DNA of 64,000 bases from an uncultured Chloroflexia bacterium (GTDB taxonomy: Bacteria; Chloroflexota; Limnocylindria; Limnocylindrales; CSP1-4), in the NCBI GenBank assembly GCA_963829105.1, contig CAWHHF010000022.1:721685-785684 (forward strand). The letters are read 5' to 3'. The notes under the pieces were generated by a model. That model ran no database searches, was not told the DNA's origin, and saw nothing but the letters and a program-made list of their open reading frames with translations. Positions 18,371-28,093 of this stretch are shown in pieces. A program made the position numbers and the translations under genes. Numbering within the stretch: position 1 is the stretch's first letter; every line of letters begins with the position of its first letter.

Positions 18371-19036
18371 TCAGGAGTCCGCCTCGAGGTAGGCGAGGAC
18401 GGCGAGGACCCGCCGGTGATCGCCCCTGGACTCCGGGAGCTCGAGCTTGCTCATGATGCTCGTGATGTGCTTCTCCGCGGCGCCTTCGCTGATGCTCAGG
18501 GCCTCCGCGATCCCGGCGTTGGTGCGGCCCTCGGCCATCGCCGCCAGGACCTCTCTCTCGCGGGGCGTCAGCTGCGCCAGGCGGTCGTCCCGCCGGCGGC
18601 GCACCATCAGCTGGGCGACGACCTCCGGGTCCAGCGCGGTCCCACCCGCGGCTACCCGGCGCAGCGCGTCCATGAAGTCGCGCACGTCCGCCACGCGGTC
18701 CTTGAGCAGGTAACCGACGCCGCCAGCACGGTCCGCAAGCAGCTCCGTCGCGTACTGGCGCTCGACGTACTGGCTCAGCACCAGCACGGGCGAGCCGGGG
18801 ACCCGCCGCCGGGCCTCGATCGCGGCGCGGAGACCCTCGTCGCGCTGGCTCGGGGGCATCCGCACGTCCACGACCGAGACATCGGGACGGTGCTCCACCA
18901 CGGCGGCGACCAGCGACGGTCCGTCGCCCACGCGCGCGACCACCTCGCCACCCGATTCCTCGATCAGGTGCGCGAGGCCCTCGCGGAGCAGGACGGAGTC
19001 GTCGGCGATGACGACGCGGAGGGGCGGGCGGCTCAC
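18371..19036 (-). CDS. NarL/LuxR-family response regulator
   Basis: Receiver domain (RVVIADDSVLLREGL..DVSVVDVRMPP) plus LuxR HTH (LTPREREVLAAMAEGRTNAGIAEALSISEGAAEKHITSIMSKL). Confidence 0.9.
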   Translation of the reverse strand: MSRPPLRVVIADDSVLLREGLAHLIEESGGEVVARVGDGPSLVAAVVEHRPDVSVVDVRMPPSQRDEGLRAAIEARRRVPGSPVLVLSQYVERQYATELLADRAGGVGYLLKDRVADVRDFMDALRRVAAGGTALDPEVVAQLMVRRRRDDRLAQLTPREREVLAAMAEGRTNAGIAEALSISEGAAEKHITSIMSKLELPESRGDHRRVLAVLAYLEADS

Positions 19037-19233
19037 GGCCCGATCATGCCCGAAACCGGCGCTCGAGTCACACCCGAACCGGCGCCCGACGCCTGCCCGT
19101 GGCGCGGCCCATGGTGGGGTTAGCCCCACCCCGAAGACGCCCGCTGCCCGGCTGGGCCGGGGGGCCGGCGACCGCCAGCATCGTGTGCATACCGCGGTGC
19201 ATCGCGGCAGCACGGAATGGTAGGGTCGGCGCG

Positions 19234-20631
19234 ATGGCGGCACAGATGGCTCCCGGCGAACCCGGCAGGGGTTACGGCGCGTCCGACGCGATCCGCGCCT
19301 TCGCCTGGTCGCCGTTCTCCCTGAAGACCTGGCGTGCGGTCCTGGCCGTCGGTCTCGGGCTGCTCGTCTCGGTCACCGCGATCAGCGTCCTGAGCACGCT
19401 GTTCTCGATCGGCGGCTCCCTCCTGTTCCTGATCATCGGGATCCCGTTCATCGGCCTGGGTATCGAGGCGGCTCGCGTCTTCGCCCGCGTCGAGCGCTGG
19501 CGCATGTCCATGGTCGACGAGCGGCCGCTGACGCCGCATCCGTACCGGCCCATCGACCCGGACCCGCGCGCGCCGTGGGGCCCCTGGGTCCGCCAGTGGG
19601 CCGAGGCCGAGTTCCTCGACGGCAACCGCTGGCTGGACGTGCTCTACGTACTGGTCGCCCTCCCGCTCACGATCATCGAGTTCACCGTGACGGTGACGCT
19701 GTGGTCGATCTCCGTCGGGCTGATGCTCGTCCCGGTCGTGCTCCTCGCGGTCCAGGCGTCTGGCGTCCGGATCCCCATCCGGCCGGGCGAACCGGCTGAC
19801 GCCGGCCTCGTCGCCGCGGTCCTGTTCGTCGTCGGGCTGTTGCTCCTGCCGGTGGCTGCCTCGACGACCCGCGGGCTCGTCGTGCTCCACCGGGCCGTGG
19901 TCCAGGGGATGCTCTGCGTTGACCCCGCCGATGCGCTGCGCCGGGACGTGGCGCGCCTGCGCGACACCCGGTCCGCCGCCCTCGAGGTGGAGGCCAGCGA
20001 GCTGCGGCGGATCGAGCGTGACCTGCACGACGGAGCCCAGCAGCGCCTGGTGATGCTGGCAATCGACCTCGGCCTGGCCGAGGAACGGATCGACACCGAC
20101 CCGGCGGCCGCGCGGCGGCTGGTCGCGGACGCCCGCGAGCAGGCGCGCCAGGCACTGGCCGAGCTGCGCGAGGTGGTCCGTGGGGTGGCCCCGTCGATCC
20201 TCGTCGACCGCGGGCTCGTCGCGGCGCTCGGGGCCGTGGCCGGGCGCTGCCCAGTGCCGACCTACGTGGACAGCTCCCTGGGCGTCGGGGATCGGCTCCC
20301 CCACGCGGTGGAGCGCGCCGCGTACTACGTCGTGGCGGAGGCCCTCGCCAACGTCGCCAAGCACAGCGCCGCCGCGAGGTGCAGCGTGTTGCTGCGGGCA
20401 GGCGGCGGGTGGCTGTTCGTGGAGGTCCGCGACGATGGCGTCGGCGGCGCGACGGTCACGCCCGGGGGCGGACTGGCGGGGCTCCGGGACCGCGTCCAGG
20501 CGCTGGATGGCACGCTGGAGGTCGTCAGCCCCACGGGCGGCCCGACCAGCCTCCGGATCTCGATCCCGGTCGCCGGCCGGGCGGGCGAGCTGGTGGCCGG
20601 CTCAACCCCCGCCGGCCCGGCACCCCGATGA
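19234..20631 (+). CDS. Sensor histidine kinase (HisKA_3 type, multi-TM sensor)
   Basis: H-box RIERDLHDGAQQRLV and ATPase region YYVVAEALANVAKHS..DDGVGGA. Transcribed divergently from the regulator. Confidence 0.85.
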   Translation: MAAQMAPGEPGRGYGASDAIRAFAWSPFSLKTWRAVLAVGLGLLVSVTAISVLSTLFSIGGSLLFLIIGIPFIGLGIEAARVFARVERWRMSMVDERPLTPHPYRPIDPDPRAPWGPWVRQWAEAEFLDGNRWLDVLYVLVALPLTIIEFTVTVTLWSISVGLMLVPVVLLAVQASGVRIPIRPGEPADAGLVAAVLFVVGLLLLPVAASTTRGLVVLHRAVVQGMLCVDPADALRRDVARLRDTRSAALEVEASELRRIERDLHDGAQQRLVMLAIDLGLAEERIDTDPAAARRLVADAREQARQALAELREVVRGVAPSILVDRGLVAALGAVAGRCPVPTYVDSSLGVGDRLPHAVERAAYYVVAEALANVAKHSAAARCSVLLRAGGGWLFVEVRDDGVGGATVTPGGGLAGLRDRVQALDGTLEVVSPTGGPTSLRISIPVAGRAGELVAGSTPAGPAPR

Positions 20632-20650
20632 GCCGAGCCTCGCCGGGCCT

Positions 20651-22468
20651 TCAGGCCGGCCGGCCCTCGGAGAACTGCAGCCGGTAGAGACGGGCATACA
20701 GGCCCCCGAGCGTGATCAGCTCGTCGTGGGTGCCGAGTTCCACCAGCCAGCCGTCGTCGAGGACGGCGATCCGGTGGGCGGCCCGGATGGTCGACAGCCG
20801 GTGGGCCACGATGACGGTGGTCCGCCCGACCTCGAGCCGGTCGAGCGCCTCCTGGACCAGCCGCTCGGACTCGTTGTCCAGTGAGCTCGTCGCCTCGTCG
20901 AGCAGCAGGATCGGCGGGTCCTTGAGGATGGCTCGTGCGATGGCCACCCGCTGGCGCTGGCCGCCCGAGAGCCGGGAGCCGCGGTCGCCCACCTGGGCCT
21001 CGTAGCCGTCGGGGAGCGCCGTGATGAAGTCGTGGGCGTTGGCTGATCGCGCCGCGGCGATGATCTCCTCCTCCGAGGCGTCCAGTCGACCGTACCGGAT
21101 GTTCTCGCGGACGGTGCCGCCGAACAGGATGGCCTCCTGCGGGACGAGGCCGATCCGCTCGCGCAGGCTTGCCGTGGTGATGTGTCGCACGTCCCGCCCG
21201 TCGATCCGGATGGCGCCCGAGGTCGTGTCCCACAACCGCGGCAGCAGGCCGACCAGCGACGTCTTGCCCGCGCCGGACGGGCCGACGAGGGCGAAGACCT
21301 CGCCCGGGGCGATGCTCAGGCTCACGTCGCGCAGGACGGGATTCGCCCCGTCGTACGCGAAGGTGACGTGATCGACCTCGATCGCCCCGTCCACGTGCCC
21401 GATCTCCACGGCGTCGGGGGCATCCACGATCGTCGGCCGGGTGTCGATAAGCTGGAAGACGCGGGTCACCGCACCAGTTCCCTCGCGGAACTGGCCGTAG
21501 ACGCCCGCGATCGTCGCGAGGCTCGCGCCGATGGTGATCCCGTACAGCAGGAACCCGGTCAGCGTCCCGACTCCCAGGCTCCCCTCGATCACCCGGTGAC
21601 CCGTGTACCAGAGCAGCGCGGCCGCGGCGCCGAACCCCAGGAACCCCATCACCGCCCCGAATCCCGAACGCCAGAGGGCCAGGCGGATGCCCGCCGCGAC
21701 GACCCCGGCGAGGTCCACGCCGTAGCGGGCCACCTCGAACGGTTCGCGGACGTAGCTCTTGACCACGCGGATCCCGGACAGCGCCTCCTCCGCGGTGACG
21801 GTGCTGTGGGCGATGGCGTCCTGCACCTCGGTGCTCACCCGCTGGAGCGGACGACCGAAGACGATGGCGACCGCGATCAGGACCGGGGCGAGCACGAGCA
21901 CCACCACCAGCAGCGTCGGGCTGAGCAGGAACAGGATCACGACGGATCCGATGAGGCCGATCAGCGACGAGAGCAGGGAGGTCGTGGTCTGGGTGAGCAT
22001 CGTCCGGATGAGCGTGACGTCGATCGACAGCCGCGAGACCAGCTCCCCCACCCGGCTGCGACCGTGAAAGTCCAGCGACAGCGTGACGAGGCGCTCGAAC
22101 AGCTCCCCGCGCAGCTGCGCCACCATCCGCTCCCCCACGACGCCCAGGAAGTAGCCCTGGACGAAGCCGCCCAGCGACTGGCCGAGGAACAGCACGACCA
22201 GCCCGGCGATCAGCCGGTCGAGGCCCGCCGCGTCGCCCCCCGCCACGACCGCGCCAACGAGACCCCCGACCAGCAGCGGCACGAGGAGCGACAGCCCCGA
22301 TCCGATGACCAGGCCGATCAGGGCGATCGAGAACGGGAGAAGGTTCGGGCGCAGGTAGCCGAAGAGGCGGCGCCACGGGACTCCTCCCAGGCCGCGGAGC
22401 TCCTGCGCCACGGAACCGGCGCCCGGCGGCCGGACGTCGGGTGCCTCGGCGGAAGGGCGCGGTTCCAT
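20651..22468 (-). CDS. ABC exporter, fused permease/ATPase (MsbA/multidrug type)
   Basis: Six-TM N-half. Walker A GPSGAGKTS, signature LSGGQRQRVAIARA, Walker B ILLLDEATSSLD. Confidence 0.9.
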   Translation of the reverse strand: MEPRPSAEAPDVRPPGAGSVAQELRGLGGVPWRRLFGYLRPNLLPFSIALIGLVIGSGLSLLVPLLVGGLVGAVVAGGDAAGLDRLIAGLVVLFLGQSLGGFVQGYFLGVVGERMVAQLRGELFERLVTLSLDFHGRSRVGELVSRLSIDVTLIRTMLTQTTTSLLSSLIGLIGSVVILFLLSPTLLVVVLVLAPVLIAVAIVFGRPLQRVSTEVQDAIAHSTVTAEEALSGIRVVKSYVREPFEVARYGVDLAGVVAAGIRLALWRSGFGAVMGFLGFGAAAALLWYTGHRVIEGSLGVGTLTGFLLYGITIGASLATIAGVYGQFREGTGAVTRVFQLIDTRPTIVDAPDAVEIGHVDGAIEVDHVTFAYDGANPVLRDVSLSIAPGEVFALVGPSGAGKTSLVGLLPRLWDTTSGAIRIDGRDVRHITTASLRERIGLVPQEAILFGGTVRENIRYGRLDASEEEIIAAARSANAHDFITALPDGYEAQVGDRGSRLSGGQRQRVAIARAILKDPPILLLDEATSSLDNESERLVQEALDRLEVGRTTVIVAHRLSTIRAAHRIAVLDDGWLVELGTHDELITLGGLYARLYRLQFSEGRPA

Positions 22469-22599
22469 GGCCGAATCATGTCACGGTGCGCGGGTCTGGC
22501 AAATCCGGGTCCCCGCCCTGGACCGCAGCCGAGGCCCCTGGATGCGTCAGCGGGGGCAACGGCTCGCCGGCCCGGTGCACGGCGCGGCCACGGTAGCGG

Positions 22600-23946
22600 C
22601 TATGGCAGCGGCTCGCCCTTCACGAAGCGCTCCATGAGGGCCGTGTAGCCTGGCAGGCCGCGCTCGTAGCCGATGGCCCAGAACCCGGCCCCCGCGTACC
22701 CGTAGAGAGTGGCCAGCGACATCTTGGGCGCGAGCGTCGCCGGCGAGTCCACGTAGACGGCGGTCCAGGAGACGCCCCCGCTCGCGGCCGGCGAGCCGGG
22801 TGCGGGCGAGCCGGGTGCAGGCGAGCCCGATGACGGTGCGCCGACGGCGGCGGCTGGGGAACCGGGCGACGCCGGATCGCCCGGGATCGAGGGCTCCGAC
22901 GACGGTGCCCCGACGGTGCCGTCGGATCCGAACAGGTAGACCTCCACCATCTCCTGCGGGTCACGGAGGGGAACGATCGCGGGGTCCGTGAGAACGTCCA
23001 GATGCTGGCGCAGGATCCATGCCTGTCCGGGGCCGGTCTCGGGGGCGCCCAGCACCGGTCCCGTCACTGGCCAGGTCATGCCGTACAGCGGCAGCCCCAG
23101 CAGGGTCCGCTCGGGCGGCACGCCCGCCGCCGCGTAGAGGTCGATCGACCACACGAGGTCGCGATCGCCGTCGCTCCTCTCCAGGGGCGAGGTCGCGCCC
23201 GGGGAGGAGCCAGCCACACGGTAGTCGTACCCCATCAGGAACACCCGGTCGGCCCCGGCGGCGACCGCCGCGGCGGCCATTGCCGCGCCGAGCGCGCCGG
23301 CGGACGTGGCGACCGTGACCCGGTCCGAGGGATCCGCGGCGACGGCCGCCGTCCGCAACCGTCCCACGAACGAGCCGAACTCACCCACGGACAGCGGGTC
23401 GAGGCCCTCGACATCCACGCAGATCCCGTCGAGCCCGAGGTCTGCGACCAGGGCGACGAGCGAGCCGATCGTCGCCTCCTGCCTGGCCTCGTTCGCGAAC
23501 AGCACCTCGTTGCGGGCCGCGCCGAAGCTCGTGAACACCAGTTCGACGCGGACGCCCCGCTGGTGCGCCTCGCGGATGATCCTCGCTCCGGGGTCTCCGG
23601 TGATCCGCTTGTACCCGGTCTGCTTGGTGTTGATCGCGCCCTTGGTCGTGTCGGTCACGCTGAACAGCCCGAGCGTCGAGAGTGGCGTGAGGGCCAGGTG
23701 GTCGGCGATCGTGTCGTTCATCTCCCAGTACGGCACGAAGCCGTAGAGCTCGTGGCCGGCCGGCGGACGTGGCGTCGCGGCCGGTCCACCGGAGGCGGTG
23801 GCTCCAGCGATGGCCTCGGTGGACGGCGTGCCGCCGGTCGAGGCGGGCAGCGGTGCCGGTCCGCACGCCCCGATGAACACTGACACGCCGAGCGCGAGGA
23901 CAGCCGGGATTCGCGCGCGAGACCCGCGCCGCGTGGTCGGTTTCAC
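22600..23946 (-). CDS. Glycoside hydrolase family 18-like lipoprotein
   Basis: Lipobox VSVFIGAC and a GH18-like catalytic strand GLDGICVDVEGL. A Pro/Ser/Gly-rich segment is inserted near the C-terminus. Confidence 0.7.
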   Translation of the reverse strand: MKPTTRRGSRARIPAVLALGVSVFIGACGPAPLPASTGGTPSTEAIAGATASGGPAATPRPPAGHELYGFVPYWEMNDTIADHLALTPLSTLGLFSVTDTTKGAINTKQTGYKRITGDPGARIIREAHQRGVRVELVFTSFGAARNEVLFANEARQEATIGSLVALVADLGLDGICVDVEGLDPLSVGEFGSFVGRLRTAAVAADPSDRVTVATSAGALGAAMAAAAVAAGADRVFLMGYDYRVAGSSPGATSPLERSDGDRDLVWSIDLYAAAGVPPERTLLGLPLYGMTWPVTGPVLGAPETGPGQAWILRQHLDVLTDPAIVPLRDPQEMVEVYLFGSDGTVGAPSSEPSIPGDPASPGSPAAAVGAPSSGSPAPGSPAPGSPAASGGVSWTAVYVDSPATLAPKMSLATLYGYAGAGFWAIGYERGLPGYTALMERFVKGEPLP

Positions 23947-24079
23947 CGGCCCAGCCTGACGCCCCGGGCGGCCCCGGTCAAACGGCCGCCCGGGGAAGGT
24001 TGCGGAATCTTTGCCCCACCGCCGGTTGATCTGTGACGGGTAACAGGTGAGGATGTCGCCGTACCGAAGGAGGTGCTCG

Positions 24080-24322
24080 ATGAGCTTGCTTCAGTTCGAG
24101 CGCGAAGAGCGGACCGATGCAACCGCATCGGGTGCCCTGGAGCGGAGAGCGCTCGCTCTCTGGCCCAGGCTGGATCTCGCAGCCCTCCGCCGCTGCCGGC
24201 ACGATCCTCGTCGGATCACAGCCCTTGTCGCCCGTCGCACCGCGATGCCGCCCGAGGCCATCTTCCAGGTCCTGACGATGCCTGCGGTGGCGGACGACGA
24301 GATCGGAACCTGGTTCGGCTGA
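24080..24322 (+). CDS. Small hypothetical protein (80 aa)
   Basis: ATG 24080 is preceded by AAGGAGGTG. No family recognised. Confidence 0.5.
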   Translation: MSLLQFEREERTDATASGALERRALALWPRLDLAALRRCRHDPRRITALVARRTAMPPEAIFQVLTMPAVADDEIGTWFG

Positions 24323-24378
24323 TCCACCGCTGATCTCCGGACGCCCCCGTCCCGGCCCGAGTCCCTACAATCGCCGGG

Positions 24379-25311
24379 ATGGCGCCGCTCCCCCCGCTCT
24401 CGACCGCTGCCGCGGAGACCATGGTTTCGGCTGCCCCTCGCCCGACCGTGGGAAGCAACCGCCGGCACCTGGCCATCGTGCTGGGCGTGGCCATCGTCGC
24501 CCTCGCGGCGGACATCGTGGCGGCGATGATGTCGGGCAGCCTCGCTCTCGTCGCGGACGCGGCCCACCGGGTCACGGACGTCATCGGGATCTCGATCGCC
24601 TTCGCGGCCGCCACGATCGCCGCCCGGCCGGCGACCCACGACAGGTCGTTCGGGTACGCCCGGGCCGAGGTCATCGCCGCCTGCGTCAACGCCGGGCTCC
24701 TGGTCGCTCTCGGCGTGTTCATCGCCTACGAGGCCGTGATCCGCCTCATGGAGCCGGAGATCCCGGAGCCGGGCCCGATGCTGGTCGCCGCGACGATCGG
24801 CCTCGTCGGCTCCGGCACCGCGGCCCTGGTCCTGCGAAGCGAGCATTCCGGGTTCGCCGCCCGCGGCGCGTTCCTCGACGTGCTCGGTGATGCCATCGGA
24901 TCGGTGGCGGCGATCGTCGCGGGGCTCCTGGTCATCTTCACCGGGTGGGCGCTGGCCGATCCGCTGGCGTCCCTCGCGGTCGTCTGCCTCGTGGTGCCCC
25001 GCGCCCTGCTCCTCCTGCGCGACGCGATGGCCGTCCTGATGGAGTCGGTGCCTCCGGGCCTGTCCCTCCCGGCGGTCCGGCAGCGGATCCTGGGGGTGCC
25101 GGGCGTCGCCGCCGTGCATGACCTCCACGCCTGGCAGATCACCGCCGGGCTGCCGATGCTCACGGCACACGTGGCCGTCGTGGACGGTGCCGATCCCTAC
25201 TCGATCCTGCGTGCCGTGGACGCCTGCCTGGCGGACGACTTCGACGTCGCGCACAGCACGATCCAGGTCGAGCACCTCTCGCGCCCGATGGAGTCGGACG
25301 CCCACGCCTGA
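24379..25311 (+). CDS. Cation diffusion facilitator (CzcD-like) metal efflux transporter
   Basis: SGSLALVADAAHRVTDV..FGYARAEVIAA..DVLGDAIGSV plus a C-terminal cytoplasmic domain. Confidence 0.9.
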   Translation: MAPLPPLSTAAAETMVSAAPRPTVGSNRRHLAIVLGVAIVALAADIVAAMMSGSLALVADAAHRVTDVIGISIAFAAATIAARPATHDRSFGYARAEVIAACVNAGLLVALGVFIAYEAVIRLMEPEIPEPGPMLVAATIGLVGSGTAALVLRSEHSGFAARGAFLDVLGDAIGSVAAIVAGLLVIFTGWALADPLASLAVVCLVVPRALLLLRDAMAVLMESVPPGLSLPAVRQRILGVPGVAAVHDLHAWQITAGLPMLTAHVAVVDGADPYSILRAVDACLADDFDVAHSTIQVEHLSRPMESDAHA

Positions 25312-25355
25312 CCGCCGAGCCCGGAACCGTCCCACACGGTCATGCTGGATCGGTC

Positions 25356-26249
25356 TCAGCCGCGGGCCAGCGACCGGAGGCCGGAGGCCATGACCACGAC
25401 GAACACGGCGGCAGCAGCGACGACGATCGCAACCGCGACCGCGGGCGGCAGGACGATGACGCCGGCCTGGTCGACGCCCCAGCGGGTGATCGCCGTCGCG
25501 GTCCCCAGGATGGTCGCCGGGATCGCGACGGCAGTCGCCAGCAGGTCCACCCGGCGCAGGTCGACCCGCCGGTAGGACGTCCGCGGACCCGCGCCCAGGC
25601 CCCTCGACTCGAGGCTCAGGACCAGCGTGGTGAGGCGGTCGAAGGAGCCGGCGACGACGGGAACCAGCGTCGGCACGAGGGCGCCGATGCCGGTCGCCTG
25701 GAGGCCGCGCGACCGCTGTGCCTGGAGCACGGTGCGGAGCTCCTGGAGGAGCTGCGGGATGAGCTGCAGCGACAGCATCGCCATGAGCGAGACCTCGTAC
25801 GGCATGCGGAGCCGGCGCAGCACGGCGAACAGGTCCGAGGGGTGGGTCGTGGCCAGCATCGCGACGCCGACCGTCTCCATCGCGATCAGCCGGCCGACCA
25901 GGGCGATCGCGTGCGACAGACCCTCCTGGTAGAGCGTCAGCGGACCGACCTGTGCGACCGGGGTGCAGGCGGGCCGGCAGGCGACCGGGGCCAGCGTCTG
26001 CAGGACGATCACGGAGGCGGCGATGGGCGCGAGGGCGATCACGGTCCGCGCCGCCGCGCGGCCCACCCCCGCCGACAGGGCGAGCAGGAGCCCCGCGGTC
26101 GCGATGCCCGCCAGGATCACAGGGTCGTACGTGGCGAGGACCACCACGACGGCACCGGCGAGCCAGGCGATCTTGGGCAACGGGCTGGCCCGGTGGAGCC
26201 AGGAGCGGCCCGGCACGTAGGCCAGGAGGCCCCGGGGATCCGCCGTCAC
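25356..26249 (-). CDS. ECF transporter transmembrane (T) component (EcfT/CbiQ family)
   Basis: Polytopic. SWLHRASPLPKIAWL and the ARG-type motifs (QAQRSRG, LESRG) are typical of EcfT. Overlaps the A2 stop by 4 nt. Confidence 0.85.
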   Translation of the reverse strand: MTADPRGLLAYVPGRSWLHRASPLPKIAWLAGAVVVVLATYDPVILAGIATAGLLLALSAGVGRAAARTVIALAPIAASVIVLQTLAPVACRPACTPVAQVGPLTLYQEGLSHAIALVGRLIAMETVGVAMLATTHPSDLFAVLRRLRMPYEVSLMAMLSLQLIPQLLQELRTVLQAQRSRGLQATGIGALVPTLVPVVAGSFDRLTTLVLSLESRGLGAGPRTSYRRVDLRRVDLLATAVAIPATILGTATAITRWGVDQAGVIVLPPAVAVAIVVAAAAVFVVVMASGLRSLARG

Positions 26250-27094
26250 CGCATCCCCCGGCCGGCCGCGCGCGCGACCGCGAGCTGCGCCACGAGCTCC
26301 TCCACGTCGAGCACGGCCGGACTCCCCCGGAGCTGCGGCAGCGCGAGGCCGAGCCGCGTGGGCTGGGGCGCCATGAGGCCCGCCGCCTCCAGCACGCCGC
26401 GGTCCGAGAAGATGGACCTGGGGGTCCCGTCCCCCACGATGCGGCCGGCCGCCATGACCACCAGCCGCTCGACGACGGCGGCCAGCAGCCGCATGTCGTG
26501 GGAGATGCAGACCACCGCCACCCCCTCGAGGCGCAGGTCACGGACGAGGTCCGCGACCACGGTGGCCGCGTGGTGATCCTGGCCCGTCGTGGGCTCGTCG
26601 AGGACCAGGACGCGCGGCTCCATCGTGAGGACCGACGCGAGTGCCACGTGCCGCCGGCGCGGCCCGGGAAGGTCGAAGGGCGACGACCCCAGGACATCGT
26701 CAAGGCCCAGGCGCGTCGCGGCCCGCGCCACGCGTGCCTCCACCTCCGCCTTCCGCAGGCCGAGGTTCCTGGGCCCGAACGCGAGCTCCTCCGCCACGGT
26801 CCGGGCGAACAGCTGCGCGCGCGGCTGCTGGAACACCAGCCCGACCGTCCTCGCGAGCTCGTGGACCTCGTGGCTGCGAGTGTCGAGTCCATCGACGATG
26901 ACTGATCCCGCGACCGGCCGCAGGAGCCCGTTGAGGAGGCGGGCCAGCGTGGACTTCCCTGCCCCGTTGGCACCGGCGATCCCGATGACCTCGCCAGGGG
27001 CGACCTCCAGCGTGACCCCGTCCAACGCCGTCGCGCCCCCCGGGTACCGGTAGGTCGCTCCGCGGACGGCGAGGATCGGCCCCGCACGGGTCAT
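26246..27094 (-). CDS. ECF transporter ATPase, second (A2) component
   Basis: ILAVRGATYRYPGG.., Walker A GANGAGKST, VFQQP, Walker B VLVLDEPTTGQD. The ATG at 27094 is the conservative start. In-frame GTGs inside the upstream repeats (up to about 27201) are alternatives. Confidence 0.85.
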   Translation of the reverse strand: MTRAGPILAVRGATYRYPGGATALDGVTLEVAPGEVIGIAGANGAGKSTLARLLNGLLRPVAGSVIVDGLDTRSHEVHELARTVGLVFQQPRAQLFARTVAEELAFGPRNLGLRKAEVEARVARAATRLGLDDVLGSSPFDLPGPRRRHVALASVLTMEPRVLVLDEPTTGQDHHAATVVADLVRDLRLEGVAVVCISHDMRLLAAVVERLVVMAAGRIVGDGTPRSIFSDRGVLEAAGLMAPQPTRLGLALPQLRGSPAVLDVEELVAQLAVARAAGRGMR

Positions 27095-27121
27095 CCGGTC
27101 CGTTCCGGTCACCGCGTCCGC

Positions 27122-27230
27122 GCGGATCACCCGGCCCCCGCCAGCCGGCAGGTCCGAGCGGATCACCCGGCCCCCGCCAGCCGGCAGGTCCGTGCCGGTC
27201 ACCCGGCCTCCGCCAGCCAGCGGAGCCCGT
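27122..27230. repeat. About 3 copies of a 36-bp tandem repeat at the ecfA1/ecfA2 junction
   Basis: 27122-27157 and 27158-27193 differ only at the last base. A diverged third copy (27194-27230) is the 3' end of ecfA1. Every copy carries GGGTGA on the coding strand. Confidence 0.9.
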
Positions 27231-28083
27231 CCTCGAGCGTCACCGGCAGCGGCTGCCCCGCCCTGCCGCCGAGTGCCACCGAGACCGCCGTCACGTCCGG
27301 GACACGGACCCCGGCCGCGCGCATGGCCGTGACATCGCCGAACACCGCCGCCGGCGTGCCGGCGGCGACCAGCCGGCCCTCGTGGAGCACGACGATCCGG
27401 TCGGCTCGCTCGGCGAGCAGCTCGACGTCGTGCTCGACCACGATGATCGCGGTCCCGTCCCGCGCCACCATCTGCGCCAGGAGGTCGAAGACCGCGACAC
27501 GGGACCGGGGGTCGAGCCCGGACGTCGGCTCGTCCAGGACCAGGACCGGCGGCCGGACCGCGAGAGCGCAGGCGAGCACCAGGCGCTGCTGCTCGCCCCC
27601 GGAGAGGCTGAGCGGCGGCCGGTCCTGCATGCCGGTGAGGCCCACCAGGGCGAGGGCGTCGTCCACCCGCGTGACCATCTCCGGGTACGGGACCGCGAGC
27701 GACTCCAGGCCGAGCGCCACCTCCTCCCCGACGGTCCCCTGGCTGAGCTGGGAATCCGGTTCGTCGAGGACGACGCCCACCGTCGCGGCCATCCGGCGGA
27801 CCGGTGTCCGGAGTGCGTCGATGCCGCACACCGCCACCGATCCGACGACGTCGGCGTCCACGAGCTGGGGAACGATGCCGTTGAGGCAACGGCAAAGGCT
27901 GGACTTGCCGGCCCCGGTCAGCCCCACCAGGCCTACGAGCTCGCCCGGGAAGAGGTCAAGGCTGACGTCCACGAGCGAAGGGGTCGCGGTGGACGGGTAC
28001 TGGACGCCAAGCCCGCGGATGACGACGACCGGTGGGGGCGAGGCCCCGGCGCGGACCGATCGCGTGTCCCAATCCGGGATCAC
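27199..28083 (-). CDS. ECF transporter ATPase, first (A1) component
   Basis: Walker A GLTGAGKSS, signature LSGGEQQRLVLACAL, Walker B VLVLDEPTSGLD. Confidence 0.9.
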   Translation of the reverse strand: MIPDWDTRSVRAGASPPPVVVIRGLGVQYPSTATPSLVDVSLDLFPGELVGLVGLTGAGKSSLCRCLNGIVPQLVDADVVGSVAVCGIDALRTPVRRMAATVGVVLDEPDSQLSQGTVGEEVALGLESLAVPYPEMVTRVDDALALVGLTGMQDRPPLSLSGGEQQRLVLACALAVRPPVLVLDEPTSGLDPRSRVAVFDLLAQMVARDGTAIIVVEHDVELLAERADRIVVLHEGRLVAAGTPAAVFGDVTAMRAAGVRVPDVTAVSVALGGRAGQPLPVTLEDGLRWLAEAG

Positions 28084-28093
28084 GGCGATGCCG

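Noticed and set aside
18371-20631. Divergent orientation of the response regulator and histidine kinase as something unusual
   Set aside because: It is uncommon but well within normal variation. Nothing else in the 197-bp spacer stood out.
24091-27087. 998-aa minus-strand ORF, the longest in this part of the track
   Set aside because: It overlaps the CDF transporter gene in antisense and lies out of frame with ecfT/ecfA2. The sequence is Arg/Pro/Gly-dominated. The recognisable genes explain the region.
27122-27230. Tandem repeats here and at 3358, 35551, 37700 and 47073 considered as CRISPR arrays
   Set aside because: The units are directly adjacent with no spacers. Most lie in-frame inside genes or at a gene junction, and no cas genes are present.
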